The notes under the pieces: model-generated
Told to the model about the DNA's origin: nothing
Seen by the model: only the letters and a program-made list of their open reading frames with translations
The model's database searches: none
Origin: Octopus sinensis
Lineage: Eukaryota
Direction: 5' to 3'
DNA: 64,000 nucleotides
Assembly (NCBI RefSeq): GCF_006345805.1
Contig: NC_043011.1
Span: 23,696,464 to 23,760,463 of the forward strand
Made by a program: the position numbers and the translations under genes
Shown here: positions 51,701 through 64,000 of the stretch, one piece after another
Layout of the letters: each line of letters starts with the position of its first letter
Position numbering within the stretch: position 1 is the first letter of the stretch

Positions 51701-52714
51701 AATAAGTACAATAATAGAGGATAACAGACACCTGTCAGTTCTGTTCAACTTTTTTGATGTGCTGCCTTATATAGTGTTCATGCATAGTGACTTGATTTCA
51801 ACTTCCTGCAGATTAGAGTGGTTGTTTATTGGAGATTAAGGTGGTTTTAGAGTCAGATCATGGCTGCTATTTTCAGCATGGTGATATCTTGTAGATATCC
51901 TAATTTATAATTTTATATATATATATGTATTATGCCTACTCATATTAAGAGATAGATTTTTCTTCAAATTGAATAAATATTAGATTTATAATTTCTCCTT
52001 TAATCCAATGTAGCAAAATATTCAAAACCGATCAGCTAATTATAAAGTTGATGTATATAAGTATAAAAGAATCTCTGCATTCTCTATGAGTGGTCACTGT
52101 AACCATTTGACATTAACCTAGTTTTCCTAATGCTAAATTCTGTTTGCCAAATCATAGTAAAAGGCATCTGTAGTATGACAACCCTTTCTCTCAACCTCAA
52201 TTTCTTTATATAGAACTTTGACATCTATTTCACCCCTATTTCTATAAATAGAAGATCTTTCTTGTCTTGTTTCAATTGTTCATTCTTCCCAAAACCTTCT
52301 AGCAGTTCAAAACAACTGAACATTCTTCTGAATATTCTTCAATGAGTTGATAAACCCCACTACCTTAAATGACCTTAAAATTTAAATCCACATCTTTGTC
52401 TATATATCTACCTTCTCTATAATGTTATCAATTGATATGAAAATTATGTATTAATGGAAAACTTCTATTAATGGCTGATGAGTGCTCAGCATTTTAAAAC
52501 TGTTGTAATACTTACAACATTTAATAAAATGATGTAGCGTGAAACGATCGTACCCAATTACAGAAGTTATTCTTGTTGCTTATTTTGATTATAACCACCC
52601 CATGGATTTATATGGACAACACCATACAAAATTCTGGTGCATCTAACTTAAGTACCATATTCATTTGAATCTAAATTTTGCTGAACTTATATATATATAT
52701 ACATATATATATCG

Positions 52715-52945
52715 CCTGACTTGCCCTCGTACCAGTGGCATGTAAAAGTACCCACTACACTCTCAGAGTGATTGGCGTTAGGAAGGGCATCTGGCTGTAG
52801 AAACGTTTCTAGATCAGATTGGAGACTGGTGCAACCTTCTGGCTCACCAGCCCTCAATCAAACCATCCAACCCATGCCAGCATGGGAAGCGGACATTAAA
52901 CGATGAAGATGATGATGATGATGATGATGATAATGATATAGATAT

Positions 52946-53001
<56 letters not shown>

Positions 53002-53031
53002 GTAGACAGACAGATAGATAGACAGACAGAC

Positions 53032-53093
<62 letters not shown>

Positions 53094-53123
53094 GTAGACA
53101 GACAGATAGATAGACAGACAGAC

Positions 53124-53180
<57 letters not shown>

Positions 53181-53190
53181 CATACATACA

Positions 53191-53222
<32 letters not shown>

Positions 53223-53270
53223 CATATGCATATGCATATATACATACATGTACGCACATACACACATACA
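52715..53270 (+). repeat. Family-B tail followed by compound (GAT)n-(GATA/GACA)n-(TACA)n microsatellite
   Basis: Directly visible; source of the YLSIYLS ORFs. Confidence 0.95.
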
Positions 53271-53888
53271 TAATAGTTATTGATAGTTTCTCAAGTCAAT
53301 TTTGCTCAATGATTCCTTTTCTTTACTAATGGATAGAAACTGTTTATGTTATTTTCTGTTTGTAGTTGGAAGAGAGTGTGAAGTTTAAATAACTGACACT
53401 GGTACAACAATGGCTCGTTATTACAACCATGCCAACATGAGAGTGATATTATCCCAGCTCTTGAGGTTTCCAAGGAAGCTGTGTGACAGTCACGCAGGAG
53501 TTGACCCAACTGATGATGAAGCATATCTAAACTCTTGTGATAATCCGCTGCTCATAAACATGCTGGAACTTGTCTTCCTCAGACTCTCCCATTATTTATC
53601 TAATACTGCTGTGCTAGTTATAAGATATCCACTATCAATTTTTTAATTTGTGATCCAGTATCGTATCACTCACTCCCACCACAATATGAAAAAAAAAAAA
53701 AAAAGGATTGTGAATTGAATTAAATTCACGCATAAGACCCAGTGATCAAGACCTGTGTCTAGTTTCTTGATGTTTTAGTATCAGCAGCCAAATCTGCCTC
53801 AAATCACACTCCTATTTTAGATATGGACCCCTTTGATTCCTCCATTTCTCAGAAGGACCCACCTAACCATTTAATGTTAAAAAAATCC

Positions 53889-54323
53889 GGATCTTTTCGG
53901 TTTGACCAGCAGTTTTTAAAAATAATTTCCACGTAACTAAACACTTTTAAACTTTGTATACTGGTAGAATGTGTTTATAAAACATCTTTTTCTCTTGGCT
54001 TTATTGAGAAAATTCTATAGTTTGTAAGATGTTTGTTGTTTTTTTTCTTCAATTTCTGCAATTTCAACTAATGAATGACGTCTATTGAGGTGAAAACATT
54101 CTGTGGCGTATGAATATGTCCCTTGTTTAAGAAACAGATTGGGTTTATTTACAATTCTGAAGAAAAAAAGACACCCTTCCCCCCACCCCTAACCCTAACC
54201 CTAACTCTAACCCTAACCCTAAAACAGATTGAAATGCAATTGATTGATACTAGGGTCATAATTATGGGTGACAATTTCATATGACACCGCTAGAAAAAAC
54301 TGCCGTTCAAACTGAAAAGATCC
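53889..54323. mobile_element. MITE with 8-bp target-site duplication, GG..CC termini and an internal (CCCTAA)6 tract (Merlin-like or hAT-like)
   Basis: Termini GGATCTTTTCGGTTTGACCAGCAGTTTTT / AAAAACTGCCGTTCAAACTGAAAAGATCC; AAAAATCC at 53881-53888 and 54324-54331. Confidence 0.8.
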
Positions 54324-55149
54324 AAAAATCCTATTATATTTTGATAATTAAATATTATTAGGAATTGTATAAAAATAATTATTGAAATGTTTTGTGTATT
54401 GTAAAAGTATAACCAATTTATTGGAAATAAATTTTAACAAAATCTTATATGGAATTCAGTTGAGAACCACTGGTGTTAATAAATGAAAGAGAAAGACAAC
54501 ATTAGATAATTTACTCTGCGATGCACTGAGTACTACTTGTAATATTTCTTTTTTGTTTTCTGTTCATTCTTGTAACTTGTTTATATATTCAGTACTACTT
54601 AGACTAGTTCCAGTATTTTTGTCGTTTCATATCTTGTTACAAGTGTCTGTCTGTAACTTTAGTAAAGATAATATAAGCACATAGCTATGATAAACACCCT
54701 ATCTTTTAAGCAGCACAATTCTCAGTGCTTATCTATTTTGTCCTTTAAATTCATAATACTGAATCTTAGTTTCATTTTAAACAATTTCTTGCTAACTAAT
54801 TTAACAGTAATATTGGTTTCAAATTTGGCACAAAGCCAGTAATTTCATGGAGGGGTTAAACCAATTGCTCCCCACCCCCGGCCCCAGTAACCAACTGGTA
54901 CTTATTTTACCAACCCTAAAAGGATGAAAGGCAAAGTTGGCCTTGACAAAATTTGAACTCAGAGCATAAAGATGGATGAAATGTGCTAATGATCCTACCA
55001 GCTTGCCACCTTTAATTTAATAATACTGATTTCTAATGCAAATACAACTACCTGGAAACCCGTTTCTTATTGAAGTGTGGTGGCTTGTGTGCATCAATGA
55101 CTCTGAGAGTCATGCCAGTGGAGCACAAGCTCCTGATAGAGCCTCTCAG

Positions 55150-55545
55150 GATAGTGGCCAGACTAATATGGACCACCAGGCATAAAAAGGGATTTTCATT
55201 GGGTCAGTACTCCTTACCTGGGATAAAAAGCAAAGTTACAGAAGCATCAATGATAATTCAAAACCAACAAGATGTGGGAGAAGAAGGCCTTCTCTCAGGG
55301 AAATATATGAAACTAACATCCTATATTATACATCAGGCCCTGATTTAGAACTCTTGAGGAAGGAAGAAAAGAGGACACCCTAAAAACAGCTGGAAGCAAG
55401 ATACTGAAGCAGAGTTTAAAATAAAGCAGGGGTTCTATTGGAGAGAAGAAGAAAAGACAACCCAGAGTCATGAAATGAGGGAGAAAAGTCATTGATGGCC
55501 AATGCTCAATTGTGAGTGAAGAGCTTAAGAAAAGGACATAGACAG
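55150..55545 (+). mobile_element. Decayed RTE LINE ORF2 C-terminal remnant
   Basis: HQALI*NS*GRKKRGHPKNSWKQDTEAEF resembles RTE RQALEWNPQGKRKRGRPKNTWRR. Confidence 0.7.
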
Positions 55546-56353
55546 AGGGCCTCAAATCATTGGATTTAAATACTTTCAGAGTCAATAAAATAACCCTTGG
55601 TTATTTTGTTGACTCTGGAGAGATACAAGGCAAATTTAGACTATATGAGATTTGAGGCATCTAATGATTTTGCCAATCCGCTAATCTAATTTAAACTAGC
55701 AGTTCAATGACTACAAATTTAGGGTGGGTAATGGAGAATTGATTTTATGGTCACAAGTTTTAAACATACAAGGAATATAAATATTGTGAATACCTCGAAT
55801 GTGGGGGCTTTGAGGATTAGTACTTGTTTGTGGCATCATGCAATAAGTGACAGTAAGATCAATCATTCATTGGAAAAGATATCATTCTCTTATAGATAAC
55901 ATGTGTAAATATTCCTGGCAGCAAGGTTAATCAAAGCGATGCAGAATAAGTTGTTTCTCTCCCTGAACACAGTAAAATACCTGTAGCAAATTGTGTGTGT
56001 CTGGAAACAGCTTTTCATTAAATCATGTATTAACATGAATACATATGTGCATGCGTGTGCATACACACATACACACATGCATACACACACACACATAGAA
56101 ACTTGCACATGCACATGCATGTGAGCATGTGCACATACACATGCACACATTTTGAAGATATCATCCATGCTGTCTGTTTCTTACATGTTTCTATAGAATG
56201 AAAGCAAAATGAAAATAATATTTCATTCTCATTAAATATTCAGGTCTAGTTTGTAAGATGATTAATTTTCTTGTTTTTCACAGCTTTAAAATTGAAAATT
56301 CCAAGTAGGTGACAAGGAAGATAGCTACAGTGAGTGCATCCACACAAATACAT

Positions 56354-56393
<40 letters not shown>

Positions 56394-56504
56394 TCATAGG
56401 GTAGCAAGAATATTCATAGAAAAATTCTTAGTTACCAGTGGTCTAGCGAGAAAGAAAAAATTAGTCGATAGACTATATATTATTCAGAGAAGAATACAGT
56501 GTAC

Positions 56505-56700
56505 ATTCAAACACAAAAGAGATACCTGAGATACCAGTCAGATATCCTATTCTTCGGGTATCTCTTTTGTGGATGAAGAGCTCCGCTCGAAACGTTAAAC
56601 CCTCCTTCTTTCCTGAGTGTCCAATAATACTATACTTGTTCCACATCCTTGCGTTGTTGTGTTTTTTTGTGCTTTCTTGTTTGGATTAACTTTATATATA
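56505..56700 (+). mobile_element. Penelope-like terminal fragment with hammerhead-like motif
   Basis: GATGAA-GAGC-TCC-GCTC-GAAACGTT preceded by an 18-bp stem, then a T-rich tail running into (TA)n. Confidence 0.55.
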
Positions 56701-57299
56701 TATATAATTATCATCATCATCATCATCAATATTAACTTTCATTTTCCTATGCTTACACAGTTTGAAGGAGTACTCTCCAACAGAGCTTCTGTATTCTTTT
56801 GTCATTTCTTTTGCGAGGATCAGCACCCTGATATAAATTTTCCTCAATTTTCCTCCCATATTACATAATTTCTTCCACAACACCCTTCTACATAGATTGC
56901 CAGGCAAATCATTCCTCAGCTGTCATCGTCTGTATGCATTGTATGTCTTTATCACCACAGTCTTCTCATTTGCACTCTAGATCTGATTCCTCTCAAAGAC
57001 AGATTTTCTCTCAGCATATTTGTGTTCCATTGTTCATGTCCACTAAAACTACACAGCCAGTGAAGCATTCTTGTCTCATTTCTTTTCAATCTTCACAAAT
57101 TCTTTGTTTTCAGTGCCCATGTTTTGTTACCAAGCAACATTGCACTTCTTACATAATCGCCATATACTCCTGATTCAAAAAGAGATTCTTTGTTGCCTGC
57201 ATAGCAAGTAACTCCCTGAACTTTTTCCACTCTGTATACTGTCAGAGTGATTCCCACCTTAATTACTGATTAGGTCATCTAGGTAATAGAAGCTCACCT

Positions 57300-57857
57300 G
57301 GAATTTGCATCACCGGTCTGAAACCCCTATCTTGCCCAGGATATTAATTGTCTGGAAACTGTTCAGTGATGTGCAACCAAGAGAATAGCCTCCATCAGGC
57401 ATTTGCCATATTCTGAATGCCTTACTTCCCTGGGCATGGATACTCCGACGTCTGGCAGCTGACTTGGCAGACACCCATAAAATTATTAACCATCTTACTA
57501 ACAATAACTCTAAGCACCTTTCCAAACTCCACCTGTCTAACACCCATGGACATGTTTACAAACTCAGAAAGCAGCACAGCTCCCCACGCTAAGAGTTGCT
57601 GAAGCATGGAACAAACTGCCGGCATCAGTTGTTAGTTGTCGGAGCACTGCATCCTTCAAAACTTCCTTGCTTCCTGGGATTCGCCAACACTACACCTGAT
57701 TTTCTCCCCTCCATAAACACGCAATCATGTATCTGACTCATACACTGTTCACTTTCCAGATATTACTGCATATGCTTTATACGCACTTTTGACAAGTTGT
57801 GGTGCACCTGAGCACTGTATACAATAATTTCATTATTATTATTATATATTATTATTA
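57300..57857 (+). mobile_element. CR1-clade LINE 3' end
   Basis: RRLAADLADTHKII..NTHGHVYKL..RVAEAWNKLPASVVSCRSTASFK; (ATT)n tail. Confidence 0.85.
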
Positions 57858-57869
57858 TAACTATGGGTC

Positions 57870-57916
57870 TATACAAAAACAAACACCAAATTTGTTACAA
57901 TTTTTAAAATTTTATT
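57870..57916 (-). terminator. Candidate polyadenylation signal
   Basis: AATAAA (plus-strand tttatt, 57911-57916), a CA about 16-17 nt downstream, then the GU-rich tract TTTGGTGTTTGTTTTTG. Confidence 0.3.
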
Positions 57917-58042
57917 CTTTTCATATGCAAAAATAAATACTGTCCTAACTACTACAAACAACAAAATGTCAAGAGAGTTTGAATGTTATTGAGTTTAGAG
58001 TAACTGAAATAGCAGTCAAAGTGTGGTTATCTACTTGCAAAG

Positions 58043-58214
58043 CTACTGGTTTCTAATGTTTTCATCTTCTGGCTGATCATTGCCGTTGTGTTGCAAGCTG
58101 CTGTTTGCTGTCTCTGTTGGCCATCTCCTCTGGTGTCTGTCAATGCCTTCACTGCAGTTTTTCAATACTCTCACCAAGCTCTCAGTCAAGTAGTCGAGCT
58201 GTGCTGAATTTACA
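58043..58214 (-). CDS. Candidate terminal coding exon (VNSAQLDYLTESLVRVLKNCSEGIDRHQRRW...NIRNQ*)
   Basis: Unique, GC-richer sequence; phase-2 acceptor ATTATCAG compatible with the 60060 donor; poly(A)-like signal about 130 nt past the stop. Confidence 0.25.
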
Positions 58215-58768
58215 CTGATAATTAGGCTCAGGTGGAAGTGCACCAAAAGATGAAATCATTGCTGAAGCTTAATCCATGTGAAGTCATGATTGGTTAGATT
58301 TTATTGATCACATAGGCAATATTCTAATGAAGTGTGACATCAGGTGTAGTGATCTGACTGCTGAACATTCCCACTACAGAACCTTCTGAGCATATAGAAG
58401 AATATATTTGATTAGTGCTCTTACCTCTAACTAATATATGTGTCTGCCACATAGTCCTTTTGTCTGTCAGCCTATCTGTGATCCCAGTGCAATAGAGTAC
58501 AGTTGGATTTCTTGTCCATTCATAATTTACATTGGATACACTATGTAGAGATCTTGCCTACATCTTTTAAACATTGCATTGTTAAGAGTTCTCTATGGAT
58601 GTTATGATTTCATTTGCCAATTTGCTAATTGTTGTTTTCATCGGTTGGCTTAAGTATTATATCCTGGTTGTCATTAATGATGAAACTATAAAATGTTTTA
58701 ATAAAACAACAACATAAAACCAGTCAATGAAAGAATAACTATACACAAATTAAGAAACCTTCTCTGAT

Positions 58769-58848
<80 letters not shown>

Positions 58849-59173
58849 AAAGCCAGCTGGAAATACTCCAAAAGGGAACAGTTTGCTTGATGATTGTAGT
58901 ATTGTGGAATTTGAGTAATGAGCAAAAAGTTTTTGTTTAAATAAACAACATATCTATGCTATGTATTGAAATGTGTGTGTGTGTGTGTGTGTGTGTATCT
59001 GTCTGTTTGTTTCTCTGTCTGTATAATATATATGCAGGTGTGGCTTCCCAACCACATAGTTCTGGGTTCAGTTCCACTGCGTGGCACCTTGGGTAAGTGT
59101 CTTCTTATAGCTTCAGGCTGACCAAAACCTTGTGAGTGGATTTGGTAGACAGAAACTGAAAGAAGCCCATCAT

Positions 59174-59597
<424 letters not shown>

Positions 59598-60059
59598 TAT
59601 AAATGTATGTTTGTATATATTTGTGTGACTTTGTGTCTGTGTTTGTGTCCCCCAGCATCACTTGACAACTGATATTGGTAAGTCCCTGTAACTTAGTGGT
59701 TCGACAAAAGAGACTGATAGAATAAGTACCAGGCTTACAAAGAATAAGTCCTGAGGTCGATTTGTTTGACTAAAGGCAGTGCTCCAGCATGGCTGCAGTC
59801 AAACAACTGAAACAAATAAGAGAATAAAAGAATAAACTCATAGACACACACAGTTTTCACCACATGCATGCATGCTACCATGCACACACACACACGCTAC
59901 TACTACTACTACTACTACTACTACTAAACACACACACACACAGACACAGAGTTACTGCCACACACACACGCACACTACTACACACTCATATATATCAACC
60001 ATCTTCACACTCTCCAGTCCCAGAAAGCACTTTCTCTTCCTTCTTCTACTTCGGCTTAC

Positions 60060-60139
60060 TTCAGAAATGTAACCAGATGTGGACTGTTGGCAATTTTTCC
60101 TCCTTCTTCCTTCTTTCCGTTTGGACTTCCCTGTTTTTC
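60060..60139 (-). CDS. Candidate purine-rich internal exon of a second minus-strand transcript
   Basis: Acceptor CTCTTCATTGTAAACAG, donor GAA|GTAAGC; two of three frames are open (EKQGSPNGKKEEGG.. or GKTGKSKRKEGRRR..). Confidence 0.3.
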
Positions 60140-60434
60140 CTGTTTACAATGAAGAGCTATGCTCAAAATATAAACCAACAACTTTCTTCTTTCTCTGAGC
60201 ATCATATTAATACATTGCTTGTGCTACATCCTCATGTTTGTTTTTTTATTTTATTTTTTTCTCTGTGTTTTGAATTGATTATATATGTGTGTAGTGTAAT
60301 GAACAGCTACAGAATACCTAAGCTAAGACATGAATGTGAATCTATATTTTTTCCACATTCTCAAACAAGTTCTCAGCCATGGTCTTAGCCTTTCAGCACT
60401 GAGAGATTAATGAGAATAAACTGACCTCTTTGAT

Positions 60435-60759
60435 CAGTGGTTCTCAAATGGGATCCATATGACCCCTGAGGGTTTATATGCGATTTTTGGCGGTCCACAA
60501 AACAAAATAGTGAATTGGGGATCCTCAATAGTATTTCAAGGGCCCCTATATGTATGGCAAGAAGTAACTAGGTTTCTTTCTCTAACATTTTACATAGTTC
60601 AACTAACATAAGTTAATGTGTGAAAAATAGGATAGGAATTTTGAAAGAAGCTTCTTTAAAACTAGTTTTTAAACATTGAATGGCTATGGGGATCCACCAG
60701 AATAAAATAGTAATCAAAGGGGTCCACAGATAAAAAAAAAAAATAGTTGAGAACCCCTG
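60435..60759. mobile_element. hAT (Charlie-like) MITE
   Basis: Termini CAGTGGTTCTCAA / TTGAGAACCCCTG; degenerate 8-bp flanks TCTTTGAT / TCTTAGAC. Confidence 0.8.
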
Positions 60760-60964
60760 TCTTAGACCTTTCAAGGCATTCATAGATCAAAGCTGATTAG
60801 AAAAGTGGATTGGTTGACCTAATTAAATTAGCAAAATTATAAATACTTAAGCAAACATTAGTCAATCTCTTTTGGTAATTCATGGCTTCCTCATTTCAGG
60901 TATGTCCTGTCATGAGTGCAAGAACACAAATGTTATGCTGTCTATTTGTGTGTGTATATGTATG

Positions 60965-60998
<34 letters not shown>

Positions 60999-61020
60999 TG
61001 TATGTATGCATGCATGCATA

Positions 61021-61903
61021 CAGGGTGTCCCAGAATAAAAGCAACTGACATTTTTCAATTTTGCCAAAGCAAAATATTGTTATATTTTAGGTCTGAGCGT
61101 TGCAATGCAATAGTGAAGGAAACGTGATGGGCACATTTATTCAATATGCTCATCTGTTTCGAATTATAGCCTTAAGTCTAGGTGCGAATGCTTCACACAT
61201 GGCTCGCAGCAGTTCTTGTGAAATCAAAGCCCATTCCTGGCACAGTTTTGCCTTCAGAGCATCAAGTAAAGCATGAGGAGTGATTGAGATTGTTGCTTCC
61301 AAAATGGACCAAACAGAAAAATCCATTGTGGCTTCTTGGGGGCCATACATCCTTGCCTATAAACGATGGTGTAGGTGCAGGTGCAGTTTCCTCCCCTGAT
61401 GGTGGCTTGTAACATTAAGGTTCAGAGACTCATCTCTTCCTCTTTTCTCACCAAGTCGTCGGACAGTAAAGATGTGGTTGGTCCTGAGACCCTCCTTCAG
61501 CACTTGACACATTGATGTTTGGCTTATTTTTGCTGTTTCTGACAGAATGACAAGGATTTCACTGTATCTTTTCGCTGGTATTTTTGATAAGCTGAGAGAT
61601 CTGCACACTTCTTTTTCAGCCATTTTCAGTTAGCTGAGGAACCAGTCTCTTGAAATTTCTTGACAATTTTCGAAACTGTTTGGTTAATTTCAAGCTTCTT
61701 TGCTATAGCTGTATTACTTTTGCCTCCTTTGTAGAGGGTTATGGTTATATTTTGGTCTATAGCCATTATCTAATTTATAAATCTGAATTTATTTAGTCTG
61801 AAACAAAAAGAAGACACACTAAGCTTTTATAATGAAGTATAATTTTCATATCTTATCACATTTAAAGCCCAAAACTTTGGTTGTCTTAATTTTGGACCCC
61901 CCC
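61021..61903 (-). pseudogene. Decayed Tc1-like element with transposase remnants
   Basis: Terminus CAGGGTGTCC after TA and a degenerate GGACCCC at the other end; MDFSVWSILE..LDALKAKL.QEW..CEAF.PRLKAII C-terminal motif. Confidence 0.8.
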
Positions 61904-62039
61904 TCTCTCTATATATATATAATCATCTAAGAATCCATATATCTAAAAAAATATGCACTTGTATATTTTGTCAATCAAATGTGTATATTAGCCTTTAAAC
62001 ATACTCCATACTCAGCCTTTTGAATTCTGGTTAAAAGTG

Positions 62040-62706
62040 ATGGACTCAGGTCTGGTCTCCTATGACTATTCTGTCCCAAGAAAGCTTTAACTTCATGATT
62101 GTAGCAATTGAGTAAGCTTTGCTAGATCTCCGACGAATTGCACTTCTGGGCTTCGGTAAGCTCTCTTGGCACCCGTCTCACACAGATTTTATGGAAGCAA
62201 AGCTTGTCATGGATGATTTTGTATGCAGAACCATAACTAATTTGCAGAGAACATACCACCTCGATGATATTCACTCATCGGTTCACCAGAACCATCTCTC
62301 AAGCTTGTTGAATCTTCATGGCAGTGGAAGTTGAAGAGTGTCCTGCTCCTTCTTCATACTTCACACTTATCTGGCCATTTTAAAACTTCTCAATCCACTC
62401 AAACACACTTCCAGATAGTAGCATGCTGTCCCCATATTGTACTGAAAGTATGTGGTTAATTTCAGCCCCTGATACATCTTCAGAGCAGAGAAATTGGTTC
62501 ACCGATTTCTGTTCTTCCTTGGTGCACACCACCAGCAAAGCAGTAATGTTTACTCTGTAACACAAGGAAGAAAACTTGAGTGACCAAGGTCAAACCTTGA
62601 TTACATAAGCACAAGAGTAGCCACTTTTTGCATGCAAGCACTGAAGGCAGTGTGGCTAACTTAAGGAAAGTATTGACAAAAGTGTAGATAATTTTTATCT
62701 TCTCCT

Positions 62707-62710
<4 letters not shown>
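62040..62710 (-). pseudogene. Decayed mariner 5' portion
   Basis: CTKEEQKSVNQFLCSEDVSGAEINHILSVQYGDS..VFEWIEKF matches the mariner N-terminal HTH region. Confidence 0.8.
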
Positions 62711-62777
<67 letters not shown>

Positions 62778-62784
62778 GTATGAT

Positions 62785-63016
62785 AAGGCGGCGAGCTGGC
62801 AGAAACGTTAGCACACTGGACAAAATGCTTAGAGGTATTTCGCCCGTCGCTACGTACTGAGTTCAAATTCCGCCGAGGTCGACTTTGCCTTTCATCCTTT
62901 GGGGGTCGATAAATTAAGTACCAGTTACGCACTGGGGTTGATGTATTCGACTTAATCCGTTTGTCTGTCCTTGTTTGACCTCTCTGTGTCTAGCCCCTTG
63001 TGGGTAGTAAAGAAAT
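62785..63016 (+). mobile_element. SINE family C, young full-length copy
   Basis: AAGGCGGCGAGCTGGCAGAAACGTTAG head, B box GAGTTCAAATTCC, CpGs retained, inserted in (TA)n. Confidence 0.9.
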
Positions 63017-63089
63017 ATATATATATATGTATGCATGTGTGTGTGTGTGAGTGTATACGATATACACACACACACACACATATTATTTA

Positions 63090-63665
63090 GGCATACCTAC
63101 ACAAGTGTCCCCCACCCACGTTGACTTCGTTTCCTTAGAACTTTCAGGAAATGGATATTTTCTAATGAAATTTTCTACCAATATGTTCCAGGTGGTGTAG
63201 ATTCCGATTACATCGGAATTTGCTGTGAAAAAATTTTCGGGAGTGGGGAGAGGAGTTTCACAGGTGAAGAAAATTGACATGAGTTGGCTTTATTTCCTCA
63301 TACCTTTCAGAAAAATTGGTATTCTTTAATGAAATTTTCTGCAAATACTTTTCAGATGGTTTAGATAATGATTATATCGGAACTTGATATGAAAAATCAA
63401 AAATAGCGAGCACGCACACATACATACGGATACCCATCAGAATATTTTTCGAAATTTCCCATTTTATTTTGTTGATTTACATGTGATGTGTGTCAGTATG
63501 TAAGTGTGCATACTCACCAACTATTTTTTCCCACATTAATTTCCGATACAATCATAATCTACACACCCTGGAAAATACTTATAGAAAATTTCATTTAAAA
63601 AAATCCCCATCTTTCTCAAAGTTATGAGGAAACAAAGTTGGGGAAAACACTCATGTAGGTATGCC
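63090..63665. mobile_element. TA-flanked MITE with internal 100-bp subrepeats
   Basis: Termini GGCATACCTACACAAGTGT / ACACTCATGTAGGTATGCC; a TTTCAG.AAA..AATGAAATTTTCT block occurs twice direct and once inverted. Confidence 0.8.
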
Positions 63666-63894
63666 TATCGTATACACATATATATGGTGTACGTCGCCCC
63701 TAGTACTTGTCCAATACTTTATTTTAAGAACTCCCATCCTAAAAAGAGAATAAGCTAAAGTGACCATAGAAAGATTAGAGCTCATAACGTAATAGGCCGT
63801 AACTAAATACCGTAAAGCAATTCGTTTGACGTTCTAATAATTCTATCAATACTTACACAGAGAGTTGGTGAATACATACCCTTTCGTTAACCTA

Positions 63895-64000
63895 TTTCTT
63901 TACTACCCACAAGGGGCTAAACACAGAGAGGACAAACAAGGACAGACAAACGGATTAAGTCGATTACATCGACCCAGTGCATAACTGGTACTTAATTTAT
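63895..64000 (-). mobile_element. SINE family C, 3' part cut by the window edge
   Basis: Reverse complement of the 62910-63016 tail. Confidence 0.85.

Noticed and set aside
52844-53271. Three 123-139 aa ORFs ([15 protein letters not shown])
   Set aside because: (GATA)n and (TACA)n repeats; not reflectin or any Met/Tyr-rich cephalopod protein.
54187-54222. Chromosome end or telomere fusion site
   Set aside because: Only six units, enclosed by TIRs and a target-site duplication, with no head-to-head repeat junction.
59864-60388. 174-aa plus-strand ORF
   Set aside because: Starts in (CA)n/(CTA)n repeats and continues through pyrimidine-rich sequence better explained as the antisense of a purine-rich exon candidate.

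Overview
AT-rich, repeat-dense eukaryotic DNA. The SINE/LINE repertoire and long (TA)n/(CA)n tracts match what I recall of Octopus assemblies; this is an inference, not a database hit. The best-supported gene feature is the 5' end of a minus-strand protein-coding gene near 34.2-34.8 kb. It has a non-coding exon, a 132-nt GT-AG intron and a first coding exon (ATG at 34570, 131 codons, S/T/Q/P-rich, ending at a GTAAGT donor), in a CpG-retaining promoter region with ETS-, YY1- and NRF1-like motifs. I cannot name the gene. Its downstream exons lie somewhere below 34.1 kb or beyond the window, and only candidate (micro)exons are visible. The rest is mostly transposon debris: several tRNA-derived SINE families that share modules, RTE and CR1/Jockey-like LINE remnants, mariner/Tc1/pogo relics, hAT-, piggyBac- and Merlin-like MITEs, a Helitron-like element, Penelope-like termini with hammerhead-like relics, fold-back palindromes and microsatellites. 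Most ORFs in the supplied track are microsatellite or antisense artefacts. No CRISPR, rRNA or true tRNA gene is supported. I found no demonstrably new biological system. The leads most worth testing are a possible in-frame alternative first exon, candidate microexons, a PHD-like finger inside an RTE reverse transcriptase, hammerhead-like relics, abundant dsRNA-forming structures, and an unexplained hydrophobic open frame at 44.2-44.6 kb.
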